A stretch of DNA of 63,650 bases, filler included, from Nemertoderma westbladi (GCA_032718475.1; 4 parts of 4 records of this genome joined end to end with filler, not necessarily neighbours in it), one strand, 5' to 3'; shown: positions 35,975 through 48,054, counted from the first letter of the whole stretch. Numbers and translations: made by a program. The notes: generated by a model from the sequence alone, not told the origin.

Positions 35975-37135
35975 AACGCAGCAGTGCAGGGGCAGCCACT
36001 GCATTTAGAAAGTATGTCAGTTGTTTGTACGTCTGTAAATAAACACGATATATTTCGCGACACGGCGATTCCAGTTCCAACAGACTCCCAGTTTCGAGAT
36101 TCACCGAAGGAAAAAAGAAAAGTAAATAACAAGCGAAAGAAGAGGATTCCGAGCACAGATGAGAACGCCAATAACTACTATAGCGTCTCCAAGGAGATTA
36201 TGAACGGCAATCCCAACGGCAAACTATGTGTTGTGGTAGTTGGGTTAGTAGTATCTGTGTTGGTACTTACAGTTGCTATGGTAACTGTAGTCATGTTGCT
36301 ACTGGCCCTCAATGGGGAGTTGAATAACATGAAGGAGCGTTATATGACAGTGGGTGAACACGTGAAACAGGTTGATAGGACTGTGCAACAACAGCGAAGC
36401 CAGTTCACTGAAAACATCAACGAGGTCGATGATATATTGAAAGATATGAAAGATAATGGAGAGAATAAGAATAGTAACACAAGATATTATTACCCTTTGG
36501 AAGGACTTTGCCCCGATTTCCAGGCTAATAACACATTGCATTCGTACGACAGTCCTGGCTACGGACTTAACGGGCGTATTACATGCGACACCGTGACGCC
36601 TCAGGGACCATGGCTGCTTATCCAACGGAGAAGCGACGGCTCTGAGGACTTCTACCGAAACTGGGCCAACTACACGGCTGGATTCGGGGCCGTGAGCGGC
36701 GAGTTTTGGATGGGGTTGGAGACGATCCATCGACTCACCGTTGGTGGGGTCTCGCTGCGGGTGGACCTGTGGTGGAATGGGGAACACCGTTACGCCGAGT
36801 ATTCGTCGTTTCGCGTGGAAGCCGCTCCATCGAACTACAGACTCGAGTTGTCGGGATACACGGGCACCGCCGGGGACTCGTTACTCGAACCGGCAAGTCA
36901 ATCGCTCGATGGGATGCAGTTCTCGGCGAGGGGAACCGACAATGATATGTTCGGGTTCAATAACTGGAGCGGCCATAGTTGCGCCGAGGTCTATACGGGA
37001 GCCTGGTGGTTCGGGCATTGCAGTCGAGCCAACCCGAACGGAGTGTACGGCGCGCTCGAGGGGAAAGGACCACGGTGGGAGACGTTCACAGGAGAACTGC
37101 CAGCGGAACGTGTTGAGATTAAAATTAGGGTGTAG
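35975..37135 (+). CDS. Intronless exon/ORF: cytoplasmic segment, TM helix, coiled coil, fibrinogen C-terminal (FReD) domain; FIBCD1-like architecture, in frame with the channel M3 exon
   Basis: Acceptor atgacag|AAC in frame with ORF 35984-37135; TM LCVVVVGLVVSVLVLTVAMVTVVMLLLAL; GPWLLIQRRSDGSEDFYRNW..GFG..GEFWMGLETIH..GTAGDSL..GAWWF..C..ANPNG; AATAAA at 37345. Confidence 0.9.
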   Translation, partial: NAAVQGQPLHLESMSVVCTSVNKHDIFRDTAIPVPTDSQFRDSPKEKRKVNNKRKKRIPSTDENANNYYSVSKEIMNGNPNGKLCVVVVGLVVSVLVLTVAMVTVVMLLLALNGELNNMKERYMTVGEHVKQVDRTVQQQRSQFTENINEVDDILKDMKDNGENKNSNTRYYYPLEGLCPDFQANNTLHSYDSPGYGLNGRITCDTVTPQGPWLLIQRRSDGSEDFYRNWANYTAGFGAVSGEFWMGLETIHRLTVGGVSLRVDLWWNGEHRYAEYSSFRVEAAPSNYRLELSGYTGTAGDSLLEPASQSLDGMQFSARGTDNDMFGFNNWSGHSCAEVYTGAWWFGHCSRANPNGVYGALEGKGPRWETFTGELPAERVEIKIRV

Positions 37136-37781
37136 ATAGAGTTAGTTCTTTAGAGTTGTATTAGGTAAATAGCTCAGCACAGTTACTATATTGATGCATC
37201 GAATCCACGATCTCCAGATTTAAACCACTACGTCGAGATGGTATCTAGGTACTGTAGGTCTGTGTTGTAGATTATTAGTGATATTATTTAGTTATTTAGG
37301 ATCATGACCGTCCGTTGCAGTTGTTGGTGAGCGAGAAGCTGATGAATAAAACTGTGTTTGTTGCAGATCTACATTAGTTCCAACATGCCAATAAATGGTA
37401 AACTTACCGAATCGAATGCCATGAGAACTGCAGGGTCATTGTCTTCTTTAAACGAATTACCTGTAAGTTTATGTTTAACAAAAACATCGGGGATCAAATT
37501 AAAGCTAAAGTATCTTTATTGCAAAGAAATTGTACTTCTCTTGCGAATTCAAAATTTTTGGCGCTTTAATGGCTAAAGGTTTGTCTCTTCAAATCAAAGA
37601 CTTTTTTACATATTACATATTCCTAATAGCCTTATGTTATTGGTATTGAGTGATAAATATTTTTAAATTTTTGTAAAATTATAATAATATAATATATATT
37701 ATAAGAATTAGAAACTGTATCACTTTTTTTATATTCCATTAATGTACACTGTATGCTGTAATTATCACATTTACCTTTCAG

Positions 37782-37995
37782 CCGAATGATCTACAATATT
37801 ATGAAACTGAAATCTTTCCCGATAATGACAAAAATATGGAATTCGTTAAGGAAGAGAACGACGTGAAAGTAAATGTTTCATCATCCAACTTTAAACCTCA
37901 CAACGTAGATGATATAGCCAAACTATTATTTCCAACGGCATTTACAATTTTTAAACGTAATCTATTGGTTGTATTATCTAACTAATAAAGGATAG
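37782..37995 (+). CDS. GlyR-like channel canonical terminal exon (M4), +1 frameshift at about 37953-37955
   Basis: ttcag|PNDLQYY...VDDIAKLLFPTAFTIF then, one base shifted, NVIYWLYYLTNKG*. Confidence 0.85.
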
Positions 37996-38159
37996 CCGTA
38001 ATCTATTGGTTGTATTATCTAACTAATAAAGGATAGACGTAATCTATTGGTTGTATTATCTAACCAATAAAGGATAGACGTAATCTATTGGTTGTATTAT
38101 CTAACTAATAAAGGATAGACGTAATCTATTGGTTGTATTATCTAACTAATAAAGGATAG
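37955..38159. repeat. 41-bp x5 tandem amplification of the M4 end and stop codon
   Basis: ACGTAATCTATTGGTTGTATTATCTAACTAATAAAGGATAG x5. Confidence 0.95.
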
Positions 38160-38489
38160 CCCTAACTAAACCAGTGAATTGGATTTTTTTAATTTTTTTG
38201 TCGCGTTGACTTTTTCATTTGCATAATTACTTTTTTTCTGCCTGTACCAATATATATATAATATAACAATTCATGTGTTTCTTTTGGTCACTTTTGGTCT
38301 AAACATTTTTCAAATATGATTACGTCAGTGATTTGGGCACACAATTTTCTACAGTACAACCTGTTATGCGTCACGTCAAATGCCCAAGTTCCTGAAAGGT
38401 ACGATATTCGGATGTTCCCGAGTCGTCAACCCCATTAAGGATTAATAAAATTTTACTTTTAATTTTAATTTTATCCTTTCTTCCGTCAA

Positions 38490-39266
38490 TACACACACAC
38501 TGATCAGCGCTCATGTGTAAAATGTACACACACTGATCGCGCTCATGTGTAAAATGTACACACACTGATCAGCGCTCATGTGTACAATGTACACACACTG
38601 ATCAGCGCTCATGTGTACAATGTACACACACTGATCAGCGCTCATGTGTAAAATGTACACACACTGATCAGCGCTCATGTGTACAATGTACACACACTGA
38701 TCAGCGCTCATGTGTACAATGTACACACACTGATCAGCGCTCATGTATACAATGTACACACACTGATCAGCGCTCGTGTATACAATACACACACATTGAT
38801 CAGTGCTCATGTGTACATTGTACACACTCTGCTCAGTGCTCATGAGTATATTTTACAGACTCTGGGCAGTGCTCATGTGTACCATGTACACACACTGATC
38901 AGTGCTCATGTGTATATTTGACAGAGTCTGGGCAGTGCTCATGAGTACATTGTACACAATCTGCTCAGTGCTCATGAGTATATTTTACAGACTCTGGGCA
39001 GTGCTCATGAGTACATTGTACACAATCTGCTCAGTGCTCATGAGTATATTTTACAGACTCTGGGCAGTGCTCATGTGTACCATGTACACACACTGATCAG
39101 CGCTCATGTGTACAATGTACACACACTGATCAGTGCTCATGTGTATATTTCACAGAATCTGGGCAGTGCTCATGAGTACATTGTACACAATCTGCTCAGT
39201 GATCATGTCTACATTGTACACACACTGATCAGTGCCCATGTGTATATTGTACACACTCTACCTCAG
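38490..39266. repeat. 33-bp satellite running into an assembly gap
   Basis: (ACACACACTGATCAGCGCTCATGTGTACAATGT)n with variant units. Confidence 0.95.
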
Positions 39267-40840
39267 NNNNNNNNNNNNNNNNNNNNNNNNNNNNNNNNNN
39301 NNNNNNNNNNTTAATTAATTAANNNNNNNNNNNNNNNNNNNNNNNNNNNNNNNNNNNNNNNNNNNNTAAAGGTCCCAAAATTATTAATTTTGGGAAATTA
39401 ATTTTAAATTTATTAATTTTTAATAAAGAATTGTTTTCTATCGTATTTTCAAATTATTTACGCTGACAGTTATCCTGTTGCTATAAAAGGGAATCTAAAG
39501 CAAATTATAATTGAACTTTAACTCCACTCATCATAGTATTATGTTGCCTAAACATAATTCAACATCCCTCTAGGAATTAAATTAATTATTAGAGCTACAT
39601 TTCATCCAACTCTACAGTCAGCAGTACACACTAACTAAAAAATAATTCAGCTGACCAGCTACAGTATTCGCGTGTGAGAGGGGCATGATCTGGCGTGCAG
39701 CAAATTACAAACGTTTAAGGTTTGCCTATTGTCTGAGGGAGTCCGGGATAGAGTAATGCCTGCCCCGAATTGTCATTTACTTATAAATCTCTATTGAACA
39801 GTCTAGCCCCTGTAACCTGAAGCAGATTCTCTGGGTTGACTGATAAGACGAATCAGCTGTAATTTTTCATTTCAAACTGTAATGTTAGCCTATGGAGAAT
39901 CAATGAAATTGAGTAACCATAGAGTCTTACTGTAAACTTGGCTTGGCTTATAACGAAATATCATTCGCCTCCGCCTGGTCTACCTTTGAAACAGCACGGA
40001 TATTGTTAAACCTATGTAGTTTAGTCTGGTCCCTCCCCATCGAACAGCTTGGTTTACAGTCTGAGAGAGAGTAATCCCAACCGATAAATGTCATTCTCCT
40101 ACCTCTGCAGTTACAGTAACTGCACCATCATTAATCTGAACCGCAGTCATTGTAACCTCTCCACAGTATTAATATTGACCCTCGGTTTTTTAAATACATT
40201 AAATATATTTTATTGTTCGGTTTATGTTTGTTTACTATCTGGGAGAGAGTGAGTCAGTAAATCAAGCCAATCTAGGCCCTCACTGTCAATTTTTCATGAG
40301 CACCTGTTGATAATTGATATGATTGTGAACCCAAGGGAGATGAATCCGTTCGTATTTTCTAAATAAAAAAAGTTGCGACGTTCTTATTGAAGCCGCGATT
40401 TCAAGAACCTTTTTAGATAATACCTCGGTAAAATAGCCAGGTTGATCTCCGGTCAATTAATTCTGGGCAACTATCTGTGTTAATGTTTTAGATAGAGTGA
40501 AGTCAGCGTGGTATATTTTATATATATCATCCTAACGTTCAACCAACATATATTGGATACATTGATTGGTCTCTGAATTTTGAATTTTGAATTTTTGATT
40601 TTGAATTAATCATATTTTTTGGGTTAATATTTTTATATTTTTATCGCCATTCGTAGGTTCAATAGATACAGTCATGATTATTATTCCGCGGCGGCAAAAC
40701 CAAATAAATTATTTTATTCCAAAATTGTAACATTACTCAACGCCGTTAGTATTAACAGCGAGTTGTTATTTAGCACTTTACAACTTTAGAGGACATTACA
40801 GCATTGTATTGGCCTGTACATTTAGTATTGTATTTGGTGT

Positions 40841-40931
40841 TATTGTTTTCGTGGTAACCAATGACGGCGTTAAGTAATGTCCACTAATGGGCCATTACTT
40901 AACGCCGTCATTGGTTACCACCTAAACAATA
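40841..40931. other. Long DNA/RNA hairpin
   Basis: GTGGTAACCAATGACGGCGTTAAGTAATG pairs perfectly with CATTACTTAACGCCGTCATTGGTTACCAC. Confidence 0.85.
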
Positions 40932-41367
40932 GGTGGAATTTTGCCTGACAGCCAGTTAGGCATACTGCATTACCTACCGGTAGGCGGGGTATAGCTATTA
41001 ATAACCAGTAGCTATTAATAACCAGTAGCTATATTATTAACATGGCTCCAAACGCCACCATAAATATATGCTAACTTATTTATAACATAATTTATGTCAT
41101 TTTTACATTTATTTATACAGCAACTAATATAATTTGTGCTGTTTCTATCACTTATAATATAAATACAATCATTTCGTAGAGGTTACAATTTTGGAATAGA
41201 ACTACATAACAAACTTGTTGCAAAGTACTTTACAGTGTGCTGATCCTCGTGGCTTTATTTTCACTCACTCACTAACGTTCGTTCGTGCAACAAAGACACT
41301 CGGGTCATCACACTGTAAAGTGCTACTTTACACACAAGTATGTAAATAGTTATTACTCTCCTTATAG

Positions 41368-41529
41368 AAAGCGACACCCACTGAATACTTTTGGTACCGG
41401 TCGACACTAAATATCGCCAAGGACATTGACAATCCTGGAGAAAGCAACTGGCGGATTGCACTTTGTCTTCTCGCCGCTTGGCTTCTTGTATTCCTTATTA
41501 TGATCCGTGGAATTAAGAGCTCTGGGAAG
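41368..41529 (+). CDS. SLC6 transporter exon (end of EL2, TM4)
   Basis: tag|KATPTEYFWYRSTLNI...NWRIALCLLAAWLLVFLIMIRGIKSSGK|gtcagt; YFWYRxxLNI is typical of SLC6A15/17/19. Confidence 0.9.
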
Positions 41530-41735
41530 GTCAGTATTACTTATTATTACTTAATTATTATTACAAATTAGAACTAATACAACTGTATGTAGTGCTGGGT
41601 GACCTCAAGTGACAAAAAATAAAAATATTAGGCGTAATTATTTGCATTTGTTATGTTATTTCGTTTTAAATGAATTGGAGTTGAGCTGTTAAAGTAACTG
41701 TATATCTGGCAACTGGAACACGTCACCGGGGGTTA

Positions 41736-44700
41736 CTAGGATCGCCATGCTGCATTGCAGCTGCATTTTTAGGAATGCTGTGCCGGCTTGTCGACAAAAT
41801 TCCACCGCCACAACTCCCTATCACCCATGACATTTGCTAGATCATCAGTATCTTCAAGGCCAGTGTCCTTTAAGATGCGTCTCTAGAAACTCATGGGCTG
41901 TCCACCATGCTTATTCACTCCATGAGGCTGCCAAAGTAGAAGATTATGCACTGGCTGGTCCTCACGGCGAAAGCAATGTCCTGCAAAGCGGAGGCGATTT
42001 TGTTCTAGTGTCAAGCTTGGGGGAACCAATGAGACACCTCCAATGTTATATATTGTCTGGTTGGAGATGTGTTCATTGTACTTGACACAATGAACCCGGT
42101 GTAGCATTCTTGTGAATGTGCCATCTAGATATTTGGTGTCCTCAGCAGTTAGAGCCCAGCATGGACTCCCATAGAGGAGTACTGGAACTTCTGCTGCTCT
42201 AAATAATCGAACCTTAAGTTTCAGATTAATTCTCGGTGTCTTCCAAATCCTGGAAAGCCTATTCAAGGCTGCCCATGCCTTTCCCTTACATATTCGAAGG
42301 TCCTCACCTAACTTCTGGATCCATGATCCCAGGTAACAGAAGTCGTCCACATGCTCAAACATACCATCCTTTGAGCTTATGCTCATCCGGTCAGAGACTT
42401 GCTCAGTACTTTCAAAGTTAACTGTCAAAATGTTGGTCTTTCTGGAGTTAATAAAAAGACCAACACTAGAAGCAGCCTGTTCTAATGAGCTGATGAGCCG
42501 TTGGGCTCCCTCTAGTGATTCTGAGAGTACTCCTAAGTCATCATCAAAGTCTAGATCAGTTAGGTACTTGGCAGGATTTCGTCGACTTCTGGAGCCAGTA
42601 GGTGGAGTTATCATCACCCCATCATCGTTATGATGATTTAAGGACATACGTAGAATATAGTCAACCACAATTATGAACAAGAATGGTGCAATAGTGTCTC
42701 CCTGGAGGACGCCCCATAACACTTCAAATGGTTCTGTGTCACCGTCAACAGTGGACACAAATGTTGTCGAACCATCGTATACTGATCTGATTGCTGCAAT
42801 AATTTCATCAGGAATCCCATATAATGAAAGTATGCTGAACATACGTGAACGAGAGACTGAATCAAAGGCCTTGAAGAAGTCAAAAGAGATAACAGCCAGA
42901 TGCCTGTCTTTCTTTTTTGATAACCCTTCAATTATCCTTCTAAGTGCCAAAATGGGCTCCATGGTCCCACGACCTTTACGGAACCCATTCTGATTTCCAC
43001 GGAGCAGTCTCTCAATAGGATCTCTGATGCGATTTAATAGAATTCTATTGTATAGCTTTGCAGCAATCGAGATCCAATGAGATTCCCCGAAAAGAACCAT
43101 AGAGTGTTAGGTTGCCCTTCTTGGGAACTGGCACCAACTTATTTGTTTTCATTTTTTGTGGGACTCTTGTTGTTCGGTACATGTCTACTATGATGGGATA
43201 GATGAGCTTTAAACACAATTTTAAAGACCTCAGGGGGAACACCATCTACTCTCACAACACCATCTACCATCTACTATCTTAATGCTCTTTGCAGCAGCCT
43301 TCACTTCTGCAAAGGAGATATCGCCAATGGGAATATCTGGGAGTACAGACTCAGACACTTTTACTTCTATAAAGTTATCAGGCAATACCCTGTCATTATT
43401 GAGGAGTTTTTCAAGGTGGGCCTTCCAACCATTGAGGCGATCGGTTGATGATTAAGCCTTAACCTTGGTGGTTGGTTGGCTTTTCCTCCCAGTAAGCAAG
43501 TTGATCGATTTCCATGCCTGGGATAATTGCCTGCTGTCATCAGCATCATTGATGGCATCAACCTGTTGGTTTATTAGCTCCTGTAGATTAACAGAGTACT
43601 GCCTGTTCAGGGACCTAGATGCATCCTTAACTGAATTCTTGGTCGCTGTAGTCTGTTTGAGTGGGGACTCTTTCTACCCTTATAAAGGTCATTTCGACAC
43701 TTCTGAATTTTGTATACCCTCGAAAGAGGAAAAGGGACCACCCCTTTTCCTCTTTCGAGGGTATACAGGAACTGTTTCGGCTAACTTAACTGCTTCTGTG
43801 AAGGCAGTATAGCCCTCGCAGTGATCTGCCGCCTAAGAGGCAAGAACCTCATACCTGTTGCTCAGCTGTAGTGTGAAGCTGTATCGCACACTTGGCTGTT
43901 GCAACAGAGAGGACCAGTCATGCCGCGGCAAGGCAGATTTTGATTTTCTGCTAGCAAGCAGACTAAGTCTCACCTTGGCCACAATAAGGCGGTGATCACT
44001 GGATAAAGGTCGAAGTGTAAATGCATTGCAGTCTTGTATAGAGCTTCTGTATTACCTACAAAACAGAATATGGTCTATCTGGGACTTGTGACCACTGGGT
44101 CCACTATGAGGCCATAGCTTGCCAGTTCGCTTCTTGAACTGGGTTTCAGCCGAAAACAATCCATTTCCAGAGATAAAATCCTGAAGATGGATGGAATTTC
44201 GGTTAACACTATTGCCATAGACCCAGGGCGATGTAGGTGATTGATGCAGACTTTCATTAAAGTCTCCCAGGAATGTTAATTCCTGTTGGTAGGAAATGTT
44301 AGGAGTGCTGATCCACTCCATCAGTAGCTGCTTGAAGATTGTGGTAGAAATTTTCCACCTCCTCTACAGGGGCAACACTAGTTGGAGAGTTGCACACAAT
44401 CAGAACCACCTTAGGAAACTTCTTAGCCAGTCTTCTAGAACATGAGAAGTGGCAACGGATGATGCGGTTAGAGATTTGGTCTATTTTTTCCAATGCTGCA
44501 TGTGCAGTTGGATTCATCAATAGACCAATTCCACCAACCGCGAGTCTCCAACCGCCCCCCATGTCCTTAATCTGAACCTCATCAGTCTATCCAGTCTGCA
44601 TTCGGTGCTCTTGAACACCCACTGCGCTAAGAGAACGCTTATCTGCCAAGGCAGTCAGCTCACCTTGTCGCATTGGGGACCCGAGTGTTAGGGTGTTTAC

Positions 44701-45335
44701 TGAGGCTAGTCTAGTGACTTGCCTCAGATACACCAATGGCTTTGTTGGTCGGGGGTGGAACATGAGAGTAGCCTCCAACTCCAGAATCCCTCCCCCCTCA
44801 CAATCTGGCCTCCCTGGTGACCCGGGATTTGGGCCAGAAAGATCATCAGGAAAGGGACTCAAAGAATTGTTGGCTGCTCTCTCTCCAGTAGGGGATGAGA
44901 AAGGCAGCCGGTCAGGAGATAACTGACGCCTGTGAGGCCGATTGTGTCCGTTAATTCCTCTGGCCTCTTGTGGCCGGACCTCCGCATTACTAATGTAATC
45001 CATAGTGGGGGTTGGGGGTGCTTTTTTGCCGAGTCAGCTCTCGGGGCAAATACCACACCCTGCTTTGCCATTCCACAGGGTGGGTGTTGCAGTGGAGTCA
45101 GATATGAGGCCCATCACCCATACCTACTCTGGCGCACATGACCCACCATTGGCTGTGCAGCTCATCTGCTGGGTCATGCCCTGTACCCCTGCTGCCAGGT
45201 GCAGGTCGCAGTGAAGTGCACTCAGAGTGGACATGAGAACACTCTACTCCTGACCATCCATTGGTAGATCACCATCTGCCTGGCCAGGCCATATACCCCT
45301 GCAGCCAAGTATATGGGTCCTTAATCCAGGACCAG
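41736..45335 (-). mobile_element. RTE-clade LINE (APE-RT), frameshifted, copy 1
   Basis: ASVNTLTL, GVQEHR, FLGDFN, QIDHIL, LQGDTIAPFLF, RLRFAGHC; matches copy 2. Confidence 0.9.
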
Positions 45336-45750
45336 GTTGAACCAGCATATACGTACGTTTCGACGTAACATGCCTTATCAGAAGCACTAACCAGTTCACC
45401 ACTTGCCACTGCCACTCACTTAAGTTGCACATATATACTATCTATCTCTAACAGGGACCTACCGGCCTCAAGTATGTTAGAGTGAAACAGCAGGAAAGAA
45501 TTAAGTTTTTACACATAATATGTGTAAAAACGTAATTATTGTTTGTTTCTTCAGTTGTTGTTGCTTCTCATCATGTTCATGTTTCTTCAGTAGCATTCGA
45601 TTTTATTATGTTATCTCGTTAATTTCACTTATATTTCCCCTTTGGTTCACTCACGCTCCTACAATCCATATTATATTAAAAAATTGCATGAATTTTTGAC
45701 AATAAATAAAATGGAATAAAAGCAAGTTAACTAAAGTGACTTGTACTTGC

Positions 45751-46033
45751 AGATAGGGGGGGGGGGGGGGGGGGGGGGGGGGGGAACTGGACGCAATAAC
45801 AATTCATCCCTCTCCAGGGGAAAATACGACGCAAATAACAGCTGATTACTCTCAAAAATAAAACTGTGACCTGTTTTATTGTGTTTAGTTTATTGTTTTG
45901 GTTAAAATAACGTACCTGCTCCTTTCCCTAAATTGAGAATTTATCATTGAGGCGGGATATTAATTCGCCAAGGCGGGTTTTGCGTCGAATTTCCCCCCCC
46001 CCCCCCCCCCACCCCCCCCCCCCCCCCTGTCTC
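45751..46033. mobile_element. Full-length copy of MITE family A with poly-G / poly-C termini
   Basis: AGATAG(G)n..GACGC ... GCGTC..(C)nTGTCT around the family A core. Confidence 0.65.
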
Positions 46034-46174
46034 TGTACTTTACTATAAGATAACATTTTAAAGGGATTTGGTTCAATGATTAATTTAAAAAGAATTTAAT
46101 TATTTCAGCAAGAATTAAATTTATTATTAATAATGTATTGCATAATGTGTAAGTGCAATTGTTTCATTGTATAG

Positions 46175-46285
46175 GTGGTGTATTTCACGGCTTCGTTTCC
46201 CTACCTCGTGCTAACAATATTCTTCTTTCGGGGTATTACTCTTCCGGGATGTGCGGATGGATTGTCTCGAATGTTCACACCTGAG
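46175..46285 (+). CDS. SLC6 transporter exon (TM5; 111 bp)
   Basis: [37 protein letters not shown]|gtgagt. Confidence 0.93.
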
Positions 46286-46589
46286 GTGAGTGCATTAAGT
46301 ATGGAGACATGGGTGAGGATAAATATATTGCTAGATAAACTGTTAGATTCAGAGAGGGCTAATGGTTTCTGCCCTGAACAATGAGGTTTCAGGGCAGCTG
46401 TTCTGCTATTGGCTGATGCCATTTTGATTGATCGGTTACTTTGTCTCAATTAATCTTTCTCTCTCTATACTATTAGGATGCTGTTACCTATGTAGGTTGG
46501 TTATAATGCACTGTACAGATAAATAATATACACCAAACAATAGCTTAACATTAATATACGTGAGTGCTAGCATGGTCATGTGATATGCA

Positions 46590-47625
46590 AGAAAACGGAA
46601 CTCAGAATATGGAAGTCAGAAAATTGAAATGGAAGCCAGAACAGGAAAAGGAAGTCAGAAAAATGGAAGCAAGAAAGGGGAAGTGAGAAAATTGAAGTCA
46701 GAAAAGAAAAATGAAAGTCAGAAAATGGAAGCCAGAAAGTGGAAGTCAGAAAATGGAAGAGAGAACAATTAAATGGAATTCAGAAAATGGAAGAGAGAAA
46801 AAATAAATGGAATTTAGAAAATGAAGCCAGAAAGTCTAAGTTGGAAAATGGAAGTGAGAAAAAATAAATGGAAGTCAGAAAATGGAAGTGAAAAAAAATA
46901 AATGGAAGTCAGAAAATGGAAGCCAGAAAGAAAGTGCAATATATCCCATGTGCTATTTATATCCAGCTGGGCAATGCTAGGCAACGCCCAAAATAGGAAG
47001 AGATTTAGAAAATACAGGGAAAAGTGCTCATAAATACTTTATATAGGCATGCAAGACCTTGGTTAACTTATATTAAATTGTTAACCCTAAATACAGACTC
47101 TACCACCAGTATAATAATCGAATCGTGTAAACCTCTCCTACCTACTGGTACTAGGGGAATCTTATCTGGCTCAAAATTAAATATTTGAAGTGGGGGTTGC
47201 AATATTTAAAATAATTGTATTCTGTCAATATTATACCGGTACCCGTACTGCAGCGCTGTAAAATAGAAATATGAACATAAATAAGTAGATCCATAGCCTT
47301 GGCTAGAGATACCGGTGCCTGCCAAGGCCTTGCTAGGTTCCTGAATATAAGCATCATCACCTGGGAATGAAATGCTGGATGGGATAATTAATAAGCTACT
47401 GACTGAAAGTCAGACTGACAGACAGACTGACTTCCAATTTCTGAGTTCCATTTTCTGAGTTCCATTTACTGGCTTCTACAGTATTTCTCTGTTCTCACTT
47501 CCATTTCTTTTTTCTCACTTCCTTTTCTTTTTTCTCACTTTCATTTCTTTTTTCTTTTTTTCTGAGTTCCATTTTCTGACTTCCGGTTTCTGACTTCCGT
47601 TTTCTGATGTTCTATTCTGATTTCT
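46590..47625. repeat. Inverted arrays of GGAAGTCAGAAAAT around a core of about 500 bp
   Basis: Array 46590-46930 and complementary ATTTTCTGACTTCC array 47425-47625. Confidence 0.65.
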
Positions 47626-48054
47626 TTTTGGTGGTAATTGCGCCCGTTACCGCCAAAAAGATATCCCTGCCCGAACTCAGAGTGAAAGTGAAATACGGCA
47701 GGTCGATATTTAACTAAACGTATGATTAGTACGATTTCGAACTCTCACCACCTGACGAAATCTACTAACATGTAGCGAGTGGTTAAAGATGGCCAAGTAC
47801 AGTAGGGTTGAGCAACAGTAGAGTTGCAACAGATTAAGGTATTGACAGATGGGAGGCCATGAGGAGGTAAATTTTTGCGGACAAACAAGGTATCAGGTAG
47901 TATTTCTATGTCTCCCTTTTACCTGAGCCGCTAGTTAAATGGTTAGAGTGTAAGATTTCCAACCCGTAGGTCACCAGTTAGATCCGACATTTGCCGACTT
48001 TGCAAAGCTTTGTCAAACAAAAGTTATAATAACAAGTTTATATGTTTCTTGCAG

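Noticed and set aside
37955-39266. Regular repeats resembling CRISPR arrays (also 28130, 33330, 12050)
   Set aside because: No unique spacers, no cas genes, eukaryotic context; plain tandem repeats
45000-45335. HDV-like or hammerhead ribozyme in the RTE 5' UTR
   Set aside because: Known in some RTEs, but I could not trace the required pairings by eye; needs a covariance-model search
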